Shown: positions 20,290 through 30,938 of the stretch, in pieces
How the letters are laid out: each line of letters opens with the position of its first letter
Position numbering within the stretch: position 1 is the stretch's first letter
Assembly: GCA_030688365.1 (NCBI GenBank)
Contig: JAUYIE010000020.1
Location: 16,337-80,336, forward strand
DNA length: 64,000 nt
DNA from: a bacterium
GTDB lineage: Bacteria; Patescibacteriota; Patescibacteriia; JACQRZ01
Reading direction: 5' to 3'
Position numbers and translations under genes: made by a program
Notes under the pieces: generated by a model
The model's input: the letters and a program-made list of their open reading frames with translations, nothing else
Database searches by the model: none
What the model was told of the DNA's origin: nothing

Positions 20290-22104
20290 ATGAAACCGAT
20301 CATAAAAAACATCCTTATTTTTTTCATTGTTGTTGTCATTATAGGCGCAGCATTGAGTTTATATAATGCCACACCGGGTAACAAACCTACGGTGGTGGGG
20401 ATGGAAACTCTTATCGCACATATAAATGATGAACAAGTTAAATCGATAGAGATAAAGGGAGACTCCTTAAATATTGTATTAAATGATGATACAAAAGAGA
20501 TTGTTGTAAAAGAAGCAGGAGAATCTTTCTCTGACTTAGTAAAAAATTACAACCTTGATCCAGTAAAGGTTGCAAAAGCACACCCGGAAGTGAAAAATGA
20601 TAATACAACTGCGTGGATCGGTGCATTGTTGCCATTTCTGATTCCTGTTTTGTTATTGATTGTCCTTGTATACGTAATGGGACGTCAAATACAGGGCGCA
20701 AACTCTCGTGCAATGATGTTTGGATCCTCACGTGCACGTAAGTTGGAGGCGGATAACAAAAAAAACAGAGTCACATTTAAAGATGTCGCAGGTATTAAAG
20801 AATCAAAAGAAGAATTAAAAGAAATTATTGAATTTTTGAAAGATCATAAAAAATTTACTGACCTTGGGGCGAAAATCCCAAAAGGAGTACTTTTGGTTGG
20901 ACCTCCAGGGACTGGCAAGACATTATTGGCAAAAGCAGTTGCAGGGGAGGCAGACGTGCCGTTTTTTCATGTGTCTGGTTCAGAATTTATTGAAATGTTT
21001 GTGGGTGTTGGAGCCAGCCGAGTACGTGATCTCTTTACGCGCGCGAAAAAAAGTGCACCATGTATCGTTTTTATTGATGAGATTGATGCGGTAGGCCGTC
21101 AGAGGGGCGCGGGTCTTGGCGGTTCAAATGATGAACGTGAACAAACTCTTAATCAAATACTTGTTGAGTTGGATGGGTTTGAGCCAAACGACAATGTCAT
21201 TGTGATGGCCGCGACCAATCGTCCTGATGTATTGGATCCGGCTTTGCTCCGACCAGGTCGTTTTGATCGCCGTGTGTTTCTTGATCCTCCTAGTATTAAT
21301 GATCGAGAAGAGATTTTACAGGTACATGCACAAAAAAAGCCATTAGCTGCGGACGTATCTTTGAGGAAAATTGCTGAACGTACTCCGGGATTCAGTGGTG
21401 CTGATTTGGCTAACCTTTTGAACGAATCGGCTATTTTGACTGCGCGTAAGGATAGGAAAGAGGTCTTACAAGATGATATTATTGAAAGTATTGAAAAGGT
21501 CATGTTAGGGCCACAACGGAAGAGCCATATACTTTCTGATGAGGAGAAAAAAGTAACGGCATATCATGAAGCAGGTCATGCGATCGTTTCTCATGCCTTT
21601 AAAAAAGAAGGATCAGTGCAAAAGGTTTCTATTATTTCCCGTGGTCGTGCTGCTGGTTACACATTGAATATGCCCACGGAAGATAAATACTTTACCCGAA
21701 AAAAGGAATTTCTTGCGGATCTGGCAGTTATGATGGGTGGATATGTGACAGAAGAACTTATCTTTGGTGACGTGAGCACTGGAGCACACAATGATTTATC
21801 CAAAGCAACGGATGTAGCTCGAAAAATGGTTACGGATTATGGTATGAGTCCGTTGGGGCCACAAACATTTGGTCATGATGATGAGGCAGTCTTTTTGGGA
21901 CGCGACTTGGTTACAAAACGAAATTATAGCGAAAGTACTGCGGAAAGTATTGATGAACAAGTCAAGGTGTTTATTCACGGTGCATATGAAGAAGCGAAGA
22001 AAGTAGTTACCCACCATCGCACAAAACTGGAAGAAATTGTACAATTACTATTGGAGAAGGAGACTATTGAGCAAGAAGAGTTTGCAAGTCTCTTTGCCGT
22101 ATAA
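20290..22104 (+). CDS. ftsH: ATP-dependent zinc metalloprotease FtsH
   Basis: 2 [28 protein letters not shown]. Confidence 0.98.
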   Translation: MKPIIKNILIFFIVVVIIGAALSLYNATPGNKPTVVGMETLIAHINDEQVKSIEIKGDSLNIVLNDDTKEIVVKEAGESFSDLVKNYNLDPVKVAKAHPEVKNDNTTAWIGALLPFLIPVLLLIVLVYVMGRQIQGANSRAMMFGSSRARKLEADNKKNRVTFKDVAGIKESKEELKEIIEFLKDHKKFTDLGAKIPKGVLLVGPPGTGKTLLAKAVAGEADVPFFHVSGSEFIEMFVGVGASRVRDLFTRAKKSAPCIVFIDEIDAVGRQRGAGLGGSNDEREQTLNQILVELDGFEPNDNVIVMAATNRPDVLDPALLRPGRFDRRVFLDPPSINDREEILQVHAQKKPLAADVSLRKIAERTPGFSGADLANLLNESAILTARKDRKEVLQDDIIESIEKVMLGPQRKSHILSDEEKKVTAYHEAGHAIVSHAFKKEGSVQKVSIISRGRAAGYTLNMPTEDKYFTRKKEFLADLAVMMGGYVTEELIFGDVSTGAHNDLSKATDVARKMVTDYGMSPLGPQTFGHDDEAVFLGRDLVTKRNYSESTAESIDEQVKVFIHGAYEEAKKVVTHHRTKLEEIVQLLLEKETIEQEEFASLFAV

Positions 22105-22121
22105 GTTTTTATTACAATCCC

Positions 22122-23801
22122 ATGTCATCATCACCTCATGTAGGGAAGTCGTTTAAAGGCGCAGAAGAGAAGTTTTCTGAAAAAATGAAAACGATGGGTT
22201 TAGAAAAGCAAGAAAATGATGCTAAAAACCTTGCACATATTGCGGATTTTGGATATGTGTATCTTGTTGGCGTTGCCATAACGCCGGGGTTACTAGAAAT
22301 GATCCCCGTTGATATTGCCAAAAAATTACAACTTATTTGTTTTCAATCCCAGGAAGGAAAATTTTTCTTTGCATCAATTGATCCCCTGGGTGATGATGTA
22401 GAAGACTATATAAAGAAGTTTGAAAAAACCAATCACTGTACCGTGCAACTACATACTATGTCACAAGCAAGTTTTGATGCTGTGATGAAGTTATATGCCA
22501 AACTTCCAACATTGGCAACAGAACAACATGGTGTGTCTATTAATCAGGATGATTTAGACAAATATAAGGAAGGTTTTTCAGATATACGCAAGATTCAAGA
22601 ACAGATACAAGATGTTAATGTTACAGACATACTGACACTTTTGATTTCTGTGGCCTTGTCTACGAATGCATCAGATATTCACGTGGAAGCAGAAGAAAAG
22701 GATATAAAATTGCGACTGCGTATTGATGGCGTGTTGCATAATATTGCTTCATTACCACCAGAGGATTGGAAAAAAATTATTTCACGCATCAAGTTGTTGG
22801 CAAAAGTGAAAATTAATATTTCTGATCGACCACAAGATGGACGGTTTACTATCTTTCTAAAAGATGATGAAGTGGATGTTCGTGTTTCAACCTTACCCAC
22901 AAGTTATGGAGAGAGTGTGGTTATGCGATTATTGCGATCATCCAGCGCTGGATTGCAATTTGCCGATCTTGGATTGGCTGATTATACTTTTCGCACACTC
23001 AAGCGAGAAGTAGAGCGACCAAACGGGATGATTATCACAACAGGGCCGACGGGGTCAGGAAAGACGACGACATTGTATGCGATGCTCAATCATCTGAATT
23101 CATCAGAAGTAAAAATCATTACATTAGAAGATCCGATTGAATACAAACTTGGTGGTATCAACCAAAGTCAGGTAGATCCGACAAAGGACTATACATTTGC
23201 CAACGGTTTGCGTTCTATCCTGCGACAAGATCCTGATGTGGTGATGGTAGGGGAAATCCGTGATTTTGAAACCGCAGATATTGCGATCAATGCCGCGTTG
23301 ACGGGGCATTTGGTTATCTCTACAATTCATACCAACAGTGCGGCAGGTGCTATTCCACGTCTTTTGGCGATTGGTGTAAAACCCTTTTTACTTGCCCCTG
23401 CACTTACCGCATTGATAGGTCAACGCCTCGTACGACGTTTATGTGAGAAATGTAAAAAGGAAATCACCCCAGATACCGAAACACTGGAGCGAGTGAAGGG
23501 ATATTTGTCCTCTCTTTCACCGGCAAGTGGTGTGAAAGTGGATATAAATACAATGAAGTTTTTTGGACCCGTTGGATGTGATGATTGTTATGGTATAGGA
23601 TATAAAGGACGCATTGGTATTTTTGAAATAATGACTATAAATAAAGAGATTGAAGCGATTATGTTATCTCCACAGGTGTCTGAATATGGTATTCAAGAAA
23701 ATGCAGTAAAAAATGGTATGATTACTATGGTACAGGAAGGGTTGCTTCGCGCAGTGTCGGGTATTACTTCAATAGAAGAAGTATTTAGTGTGGCACAATA
23801 A
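22122..23801 (+). CDS. pilB: type IV pilus assembly ATPase PilB/GspE
   Basis: ASDIH.E, GPTGSGKTTT, LRQDPD, GHLV.STIH, CxxC...CxxC. Confidence 0.92.
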   Translation: MSSSPHVGKSFKGAEEKFSEKMKTMGLEKQENDAKNLAHIADFGYVYLVGVAITPGLLEMIPVDIAKKLQLICFQSQEGKFFFASIDPLGDDVEDYIKKFEKTNHCTVQLHTMSQASFDAVMKLYAKLPTLATEQHGVSINQDDLDKYKEGFSDIRKIQEQIQDVNVTDILTLLISVALSTNASDIHVEAEEKDIKLRLRIDGVLHNIASLPPEDWKKIISRIKLLAKVKINISDRPQDGRFTIFLKDDEVDVRVSTLPTSYGESVVMRLLRSSSAGLQFADLGLADYTFRTLKREVERPNGMIITTGPTGSGKTTTLYAMLNHLNSSEVKIITLEDPIEYKLGGINQSQVDPTKDYTFANGLRSILRQDPDVVMVGEIRDFETADIAINAALTGHLVISTIHTNSAAGAIPRLLAIGVKPFLLAPALTALIGQRLVRRLCEKCKKEITPDTETLERVKGYLSSLSPASGVKVDINTMKFFGPVGCDDCYGIGYKGRIGIFEIMTINKEIEAIMLSPQVSEYGIQENAVKNGMITMVQEGLLRAVSGITSIEEVFSVAQ

Positions 23802-23824
23802 ACTAATGTATAATTCAATTTTAT

Positions 23825-24082
23825 ATGAATAAATTTGAGTTTGATGAAGAATCGTTTAATGAAGCTATCAAACAGGATCCATCAAAAATTAAAACCATTA
23901 TGGAGGATATCGGTCGGATGCCTTCAGGAGAGAATGCGGGGAGTGAAAAAAATAAAGAAACAAGTGATACGGAAAAAAAATTACAAAATTTAGAAAAAGA
24001 GATAGCAGAGCTAAAAAAAGCGGTTGAGGACATAGTTCCACGAGTAGAAACGTTAGAACAATCAAAGAAAAAGGAAGAGTAA
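23825..24082 (+). CDS. hypothetical coiled-coil protein
   Basis: 85-aa charged ORF directly after pilB. Confidence 0.6.
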   Translation: MNKFEFDEESFNEAIKQDPSKIKTIMEDIGRMPSGENAGSEKNKETSDTEKKLQNLEKEIAELKKAVEDIVPRVETLEQSKKKEE

Positions 24083-24110
24083 CGATAATACCCACCACGT
24101 TGGTTGATAT

Positions 24111-24554
24111 TTAAATGGAGTGCTCAAAATGAATCCATATCGCATCTGGTGGAATGATATCTTTGATGTGTTCCGCCCATTCAATGATGGTGATGGTGTG
24201 TTTGTCGTTCATATAGTCTTTAATGCCAATGTCTTCCAGATCGTGTCCTGAAGTGAGACGATATGCGTCTACATGACAGAGTTGTGAGATAGTGTCATGT
24301 CCAGCAGGTACGTCATATATCTTCATAATGACAAAGGTTGGACTAGTGACAGTGTTTTTAACACCCAGCGCTTTTGCTATGCCTTTTGTAAATGCTGTTT
24401 TTCCTGCGCCAAGATCACCAGTGAGTGCTAACACATCTCCACCTGAAAATTTACTCACAAGTTTTTGTGCGTAACCATAGGTTTCTGGTTCGCTGTGAGT
24501 TATCACCGTATGTATTTCACTATTTTTTGAAATTGTAATAGTCCGTGTATTCAT
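24111..24554 (-). CDS. tsaE: t6A biosynthesis ATPase TsaE
   Basis: GDLGAGKT, SPTF, HVDAYRL, IEWA. Confidence 0.95.
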   Translation of the reverse strand: MNTRTITISKNSEIHTVITHSEPETYGYAQKLVSKFSGGDVLALTGDLGAGKTAFTKGIAKALGVKNTVTSPTFVIMKIYDVPAGHDTISQLCHVDAYRLTSGHDLEDIGIKDYMNDKHTITIIEWAEHIKDIIPPDAIWIHFEHSI

Positions 24555-24557
24555 ATT

Positions 24558-25562
24558 TTAATAGTTTACTTGCTCTATTTCCCAGTTTGGATCACCATCT
24601 AGTTGTTGCCATGAGATCGTATCTTTTTTTTGGATATGAAAATATCCTGCCACAGCGACCATCGTCGCATTGTCGGTGCACGCGTTTGGTCCAGGGAATT
24701 GATACGCGCATTGCGGGAGTTGTGTTTCAATCATTTTTTGCATTTCCGTGCGTAATGCCGTGTTTGCCATCACTCCACCGCCAAAGACAATAGAACGTAC
24801 ATCATACATCCGCGTAGCTTTGAGTGTTTTTGAAATAAGGACATCAATGACTGCTTTTTGAAAAGCGGCGCATACATCGGCTGTGCGTTTTTTTTGTTCT
24901 GGTGATAAGTACAGTACTGCTGTTTTTAATCCACTAAAGCTAAACTCAAAATTATCTGCATGGATCATCGGACGGGGAAGGATGATAGCTAACGCATCGC
25001 CCTGTAATGCATGTTGAGATATCTCTGGTCCGCCTGGGTATCCTAGACCAAGAAGTTGTGCGACTTTATCAAAACACTCTCCGACAGCGTCATCGCGTGT
25101 ACGGCCAAGTAAATCATACTCGCCTATATTTTTTATTAGTACCAGTTCGGTATGTCCACCTGATACGATCAATCCAAGGGTGGGAAATGCAAGATGGGGA
25201 TTTTCTAGCCAATTTGTAAGCAGATGTGCTTCTATGTGATTGACGCGCACAAGTGGAATACCCCATGCGCTGGCGAGTGTTTTTGCCGTCTGCACGCCGA
25301 TGAGTAGTGAAGTGATGAGTCCAGGGCCGGCAGTTACCGCGATGGCGTCTGGACGGGTATCACCAAGTATTTTTTTTAAAAGAAAGGGGAGTGTTTTAAT
25401 ATGTTCCCGTGCTGCTACTTCTGGAACTACACCGCCGTATGGTGCATGAATATCTATTTGAGATGATACCAGATTTTTTTCAAGCACAAACGTGCCGTCT
25501 TGCGCGCGAAGAAGTGCTACTGCTGTTTCATCACATGATGTTTCAATGCCAAGGATTATCAT
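24558..25562 (-). CDS. tsaD: t6A biosynthesis protein TsaD
   Basis: LGIETSCDET, GGVVPE, H.EAH, VSGGHT, TDNA.M. Confidence 0.97.
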   Translation of the reverse strand: MIILGIETSCDETAVALLRAQDGTFVLEKNLVSSQIDIHAPYGGVVPEVAAREHIKTLPFLLKKILGDTRPDAIAVTAGPGLITSLLIGVQTAKTLASAWGIPLVRVNHIEAHLLTNWLENPHLAFPTLGLIVSGGHTELVLIKNIGEYDLLGRTRDDAVGECFDKVAQLLGLGYPGGPEISQHALQGDALAIILPRPMIHADNFEFSFSGLKTAVLYLSPEQKKRTADVCAAFQKAVIDVLISKTLKATRMYDVRSIVFGGGVMANTALRTEMQKMIETQLPQCAYQFPGPNACTDNATMVAVAGYFHIQKKDTISWQQLDGDPNWEIEQVNY

Positions 25563-25641
25563 AGTTCTTTGGATACTATCATGAAGATTGTGGAAAATCA
25601 AGAGTCGTTTACTTTCTGACTATGCACGGTAGAATAGGTAT

Positions 25642-26391
25642 ATGAAACTATCTGTTGTGATACCCGCATATAATGAAGAGGCAAGTATACGTCGTACGAT
25701 TACTACGGTGGCTGATTATGTTCGCACGACATTTCCCGACGGTGAAATCATAGTGATCGACGATGGGAGCACGGATCATACACGTGATATCGTACGGTCT
25801 TTGATGTCTACCTATCCACTGCGCTTCATAACGCATAAAAAAAATAAAGGAAAGGGCGCGGCAGTAAGGACAGGTGCATTATCGGCGCATGGAGACTATA
25901 TTCTTTTTATGGATGCGGATATGTCTACCCATATTCAAGAGTTTGATGGCTTATATCGTGCACTTGTTGGTGGGGCGGATATTGCTATCGGATCTCGCTA
26001 TATGAACACAAGCCATGTGGTCGTATACCAGCCGTGGTTTCGTGTGATCCTGGGACGTATTGCCAATACCATTGTCCGTATGATGCTTTTACCTCGTATC
26101 TATGATACCCAATGCGGTTTTAAAGCATTTACCCATGAAACGGCTTTGATATTGTTTCATCTACAAACAATGGAGCGATGGTCATTTGATGTGGAACTGT
26201 TGGTTTTGGCGCGTCGACTCGGGTATACAATCGTTGAAGTACCGATAACGTGGGAGGATTCACGTGATCGCAAAAGCCGTTTTCGTGCTGTACGGGACGC
26301 GAACGGCATGGTGCTTGATGTGCTTCGTGTCATGTATGCTATTGCTTGCAAGCGATACGGTGATCTTGACCAACACAAAAAAATACGATAG
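25642..26391 (+). CDS. GT2 glycosyltransferase (dolichyl-phosphate glucosyltransferase-like)
   Basis: VVIPAYNEE, DDGSTD, GKGAAV, DAD, DTQCGFK. Confidence 0.9.
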   Translation: MKLSVVIPAYNEEASIRRTITTVADYVRTTFPDGEIIVIDDGSTDHTRDIVRSLMSTYPLRFITHKKNKGKGAAVRTGALSAHGDYILFMDADMSTHIQEFDGLYRALVGGADIAIGSRYMNTSHVVVYQPWFRVILGRIANTIVRMMLLPRIYDTQCGFKAFTHETALILFHLQTMERWSFDVELLVLARRLGYTIVEVPITWEDSRDRKSRFRAVRDANGMVLDVLRVMYAIACKRYGDLDQHKKIR

Positions 26392-26407
26392 CATTAGCTG
26401 GTATTGT

Positions 26408-26482
26408 GGCCTCATCGTCTAGTGGTTAGGACGTCAGGTTTTCATCCTGGAAATCGGGGTTCGACTCCCCGTGGGGCTACCA
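26408..26482 (+). tRNA. tRNA-Glu(UUC)
   Basis: GGCCTCA/TGGGGCT acceptor, TCAGG-TTTTCAT-CCTGG anticodon arm, GTTCGA, CCA. Confidence 0.95.
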
Positions 26483-26607
26483 AGAGTTACAAGATTAATT
26501 TTTTCAAAATCCATCGCGCCATCTGGCGCGTACGCCCCGATGCCTGATTCAAAAACACCCCAGTATTTTTCGCTGTGGTGTTTTTTGCATGGTAAACGAA
26601 GGTTTGT

Positions 26608-26904
26608 TTATTTTTCTTTTATCACAAAAATGTCGCCATGCATTTTTTGTAGTAACTCAAGGGTGTCTCTGACGGAAAGATTCGCAGTAGTATACAAATG
26701 AAGTCTTTTTCCAAACTCCTCCGCAAGGGGAGTCAGAAATTCATCTCCCCACGAAGGAGAAAAGGTAGTTACACCCTCAAAATCAATCTCAATAATCTCG
26801 TTAGATTTTAACTGTGTAAGCAATGAACGCAATGCCAACAGGGCTTCCTTTCCTGCTTGTCGTGACATCAATGAGTGACCAATTTTTTTAAGTTCTAGAC
26901 GCAT
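26608..26904 (-). CDS. STAS-like DUF4325 protein
   Basis: SRQAG, IDFEGV..FSPSWGDEF. Confidence 0.8.
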   Translation of the reverse strand: MRLELKKIGHSLMSRQAGKEALLALRSLLTQLKSNEIIEIDFEGVTTFSPSWGDEFLTPLAEEFGKRLHLYTTANLSVRDTLELLQKMHGDIFVIKEK

Positions 26905-26908
26905 AGTA

Positions 26909-27661
26909 TTAAAATGTAATTACCGCTAAACATCCTCGTATAGTTTGCTCGGCCTGAATTATCGTGAGATCGTTTTCATTTTGTGCAAGTTGCAGTTCCG
27001 CATCTCCTGACCGGAAAAGGAGAGTAAGAGGATATTTTATGATATTATTGCGTACATACTTTAATCCATTTCCTCTTCGTTCGGGTGCACGACCACTGAT
27101 CGTTTCAGTGAAGGCAAGGCGCAATGCTTCCCCGTCTGTTGCCAGAGTCGGACGTACTCGTTTGAGTGTGGTTAAAATACCTTGTCCACGGTCAGCGAGA
27201 ATAATATAACGCTGTTCAAGGTCAAACGAAAAATAAATACCGGAAATATCAGGCCAGTTCACCAAATTATGATCAAATGAATTATTGCCAATTTCTCCCG
27301 CTGTTGACGTAATAATGGAATACAATTCTTCGAAACCGGACATTTTCATAAGCAGGAGCTCCATTCTTCCAATACGCGCCTGGAAGACTCCGCTATTGGG
27401 ACAGTATACTTCTCCGTGGGGTTCGTATCCTATTGGGCTAGATACCCAAAGCTCAGCATCAAATAATAGCTTCATAGATGTTTTTCTTATAAACGATTCT
27501 ATCGCATAGCGTCTATAATATCTATTCCCTCCTGTTTGCGCTCGTACGGCAAGAAGGGATCCTGATTTGTCCCATCGCCGTAATGTTTGGTGAGAGACCC
27601 CAAGTTTTTTGGCCGTCTCACCGATAGATACTAATTCATTTTTATTATTAAATCTATTCAT
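26909..27661 (-). CDS. MerR-type HTH fused to histidine-kinase-like (GHKL) ATPase
   Basis: SIGETAKKLGVSHQTLRRWD..G.RYY; EIGNNSFDH, DRGQGI, RGNGL. Confidence 0.8.
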   Translation of the reverse strand: MNRFNNKNELVSIGETAKKLGVSHQTLRRWDKSGSLLAVRAQTGGNRYYRRYAIESFIRKTSMKLLFDAELWVSSPIGYEPHGEVYCPNSGVFQARIGRMELLLMKMSGFEELYSIITSTAGEIGNNSFDHNLVNWPDISGIYFSFDLEQRYIILADRGQGILTTLKRVRPTLATDGEALRLAFTETISGRAPERRGNGLKYVRNNIIKYPLTLLFRSGDAELQLAQNENDLTIIQAEQTIRGCLAVITF

Positions 27662-27877
27662 ATCTATACACTATTATTACATATATATATAGATATGTCA
27701 AGACAAATAAGAAAAAAGTTGATTTTATGTTCTGTACCACATTAATTTCACCAATATTTAGTTCCAATTCGCTCCCTCGAGGGCTATGTCAGAAAGCAAG
27801 GTTTATCGCCTTGTTTTTGGTTATCTCTTGCAGATTTTATATTCGTTATTTAGAATGCTATGTACACTATATGTATT

Positions 27878-28456
27878 ATGAAACTAGTTTATAACATCAA
27901 AGATATTCCGAAAAAATACCGATATATTTTTACAATTGGTAATTTTGATGGTTTCCATACAGGACATCAAAAAATATTAAAAGCGTTGTTGAAAGAAAAA
28001 AAAATACCAAACGACAAAATATTATTAATAACATTTGTTGTGCATACACGCGATATTGATGGATCGTATGACTATCTGACATCCAAAAAAGACACAGAAA
28101 AGTTTTTTGCGTTGTATGGTGTAGACTTCGTATTGAAATTGGATTTTAAAAAAATAAAAGACGTAGAGTATGACGAGTTTTTGAAATGGCTTAATGATAA
28201 TCTTGATCTGAAGGCAATGATTCTGACTGAAAAATTACGTATCGGACATAACCGAAAGGGTACGACAAAAAAAATAATATCAACATTGCAGGCATTAAAA
28301 AATGATATTGCAATTAAGTGTATCCCGTTAGTTGTGATGGATCATAAACCTGTATCTACCACCGCGATCAAAAAATTGATTCAGGGGGGAAATTTTCGTC
28401 AAGCAAATAAACTTTTGGGCTATAAATATCGTGCATCTGACAGACAAGCCGAGTGA
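27878..28456 (+). CDS. stand-alone FMN adenylyltransferase (RibF N-terminal domain only)
   Basis: IGNFDGFHTGHQ, VSTT.I...I..G....AN.LLG; ends before the riboflavin kinase domain. Confidence 0.8.
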   Translation: MKLVYNIKDIPKKYRYIFTIGNFDGFHTGHQKILKALLKEKKIPNDKILLITFVVHTRDIDGSYDYLTSKKDTEKFFALYGVDFVLKLDFKKIKDVEYDEFLKWLNDNLDLKAMILTEKLRIGHNRKGTTKKIISTLQALKNDIAIKCIPLVVMDHKPVSTTAIKKLIQGGNFRQANKLLGYKYRASDRQAE

Positions 28457-28544
28457 CACACAAAACCCTCAATATCTAGACAAAAATCGTTATAAATTGT
28501 ATACTTTTTCAAGTTAAGGCGTGTAGTTTATTATAAACGTATAA

Positions 28545-30239
28545 TTGACGATTATAGCATCCTTTTTTAAACGAAAATTAGTATGGGTGGGTATTGTGAT
28601 CATAATAATCATCGGCGTTGTGGTAGGACTTTCTTTAAGAGCAAAACCACCATTGACCCCCGCATATACTGTCAGTTCACAAGACGTACGACGTACCATT
28701 ATTTCAACTGGTACCGTAACATCACATATGGATTTGAGTTTGAGTTTTAAAACTTCGGGTATCTTAAAAACACTCAATGTAAAAGTGGGCGACAAGGTAA
28801 AAGAAGGACAGTTATTGGCGTCTTTGGATGATGCGGATGCCGGTGTATCAGTGGCACAAGCACAGAGCCAACTTCTTTCTGCTCAAGCAACATATGATAA
28901 ATTGATTAACGGTGCCTCGGGTCCCGATATTGATGTCAGCAGGGCAAATGTTGAATCAGCGAAGACTACACTTTCCAATGCTGAAAAAAATCTTACTGAC
29001 GTGACGGCTACGCAGGATCTTTTGATAAAAAATAGTAAGGAATCTATCGCGCAGGCGAAAAACAATCTTAGTTTGGTAAAAAATCAACAAGATCAATTGG
29101 TAAAAAATGCATACAATCTTTTATTGAACAGTGGACTGGAGCCCGTACCAGTATATGATAACGCAACAGGTACACCGACAGTAACAGGTGTATATGACGG
29201 ATCATCTCCATCGGGAACATATATTATTAAAACGTATTTGGGTAGTGACGGAGTTAACTTTACTTCGTCAGGGTTGGGAAGCGGTGGTGGCGCGTTGATA
29301 TTGAATATCCCCTTAGCTATTGGTCATGAGTTATATATCACGTTTTCTTCAACACCCACAAATGGCGACTGGACGATTGATGTGCCTAACACACAATCTA
29401 GTGGTTATGTAGCGAATCAAAGTGCATATCAAACGGCGTTACAAACACAAACCCAGGCAATCCATACCGCACAGACCACACTAGATAACGCGAATATTGC
29501 TCTGCAGACAGCTATACAAACACGTGCACAGGCCATCAATACCGCAATAGCAACTATTGAATCAGCACGCGTTGCGTTGCAACAAGCAAATGCAGCGTAT
29601 ATACTCAAGATTTCTGCCGCACGATCGGAGGATGTTGCGGTCGCAAAAGCTACTGTAGCACAAGCACAAAGTTCACTTGCTCTGGCGCAAAACACATTGA
29701 GTAATCTATCCATCACATCACCGATTTCTGGGTTGGTAACTATAGTAGCACCCAAATTGGGAGAACAAATCGTTGCGTCAAAAGAAGTGGTTAAAATATT
29801 GGATGATACGTCTTTGCATGTAGAGTCATATATTCCAGAATCTTCTATTGCGACCGTGTCAGAGGGGCAAGTCGTCGAAATGACCCTCGACGCGCTTGGA
29901 CCGGAAATTAACTTGTCAGGTAAGGTTATTTCTATTGATCCAGCGGCAACAGTCATGTCGGGTGTTATTGAGTTTCGCGTGATTACTTCATTGCCAGTAG
30001 ATGAGCGCATCAAAGCGGGAATGACGGCGAATCTTACTGTGATTACCGGTGAAAAAAAGGATGTCATGGTAGTACCAAATAGATTGATTGCATCACAAGG
30101 TACACAAGAATCAGTGATGATTCTTCGCGAAGGTATAGGAGTGAGTATACCTATTACTACCGGATTGATGGGTGATAATTATACAGAAGTCCTTTCTGGT
30201 ATTTCAAATGGTGATTTGTTGTTAAATCCAGTGCCTTAA
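28545..30239 (+). CDS. MacA-like periplasmic adaptor (membrane fusion protein)
   Basis: N-terminal TM, V.VGD.VKEGQ.L, long helical hairpin, I.SPISG.V, GMTA. Confidence 0.85.
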   Translation: MTIIASFFKRKLVWVGIVIIIIIGVVVGLSLRAKPPLTPAYTVSSQDVRRTIISTGTVTSHMDLSLSFKTSGILKTLNVKVGDKVKEGQLLASLDDADAGVSVAQAQSQLLSAQATYDKLINGASGPDIDVSRANVESAKTTLSNAEKNLTDVTATQDLLIKNSKESIAQAKNNLSLVKNQQDQLVKNAYNLLLNSGLEPVPVYDNATGTPTVTGVYDGSSPSGTYIIKTYLGSDGVNFTSSGLGSGGGALILNIPLAIGHELYITFSSTPTNGDWTIDVPNTQSSGYVANQSAYQTALQTQTQAIHTAQTTLDNANIALQTAIQTRAQAINTAIATIESARVALQQANAAYILKISAARSEDVAVAKATVAQAQSSLALAQNTLSNLSITSPISGLVTIVAPKLGEQIVASKEVVKILDDTSLHVESYIPESSIATVSEGQVVEMTLDALGPEINLSGKVISIDPAATVMSGVIEFRVITSLPVDERIKAGMTANLTVITGEKKDVMVVPNRLIASQGTQESVMILREGIGVSIPITTGLMGDNYTEVLSGISNGDLLLNPVP

Positions 30240-30250
30240 TTTTTGTCATT

Positions 30251-30937
30251 ATGGCATTGATTGATCTCGTCGACGTTAAGAAAAAGTATCGTTTGGGAAA
30301 GACAAATGAGTTGGAAATACTCAAAGGCATTACGCTTTCAATAGACGAGGGCGAATTTGTAGCAATCATGGGTCCATCCGGGTCAGGTAAATCTACTCTT
30401 ATGCACATTACCGGTTTTTTGGATCATATGACATCGGGGTCGTATCAATTTGACAATAAAGACGTGACATATCTGAACGATTCAGAACTTGCGCGTATTC
30501 GTAATAAGCATATAGGGTTTGTATTTCAGGCATTCAATCTTTTGCCTCGTACGAGCGCGCTTGAAAACGTTCGCATTCCAATGATGTATGCACGAAATAA
30601 ATCTCATGCGCAGATGAATGCCACCGCGAGAGAGATGTTGGAACGAGTGGGACTTGGTGATCGTATTCATCACCCGCCTTCTGAATTATCTGGTGGACAA
30701 CAACAAAGAGTAGCGATTGCTCGCGCTTTGATCAATGATCCAAAAGTTATTTTTGCTGATGAACCAACTGGTAATCTTGATTCAATATCGTCGCTTGAAA
30801 TTATGGATATTTTTAAAGAGCTAAACAAAGCAGGTCATACTATTTTGTATGTTACTCATGAACAAAAAATCGCGGAATATGCAGGGCGAGTCATTCGTAT
30901 GCATGATGGTAAAGTTTTGACTGATAAAAATAAATAA
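30251..30937 (+). CDS. MacB/LolD-type ABC ATP-binding protein
   Basis: [27 protein letters not shown]. Confidence 0.95.
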   Translation: MALIDLVDVKKKYRLGKTNELEILKGITLSIDEGEFVAIMGPSGSGKSTLMHITGFLDHMTSGSYQFDNKDVTYLNDSELARIRNKHIGFVFQAFNLLPRTSALENVRIPMMYARNKSHAQMNATAREMLERVGLGDRIHHPPSELSGGQQQRVAIARALINDPKVIFADEPTGNLDSISSLEIMDIFKELNKAGHTILYVTHEQKIAEYAGRVIRMHDGKVLTDKNK

Positions 30938-30938
30938 T

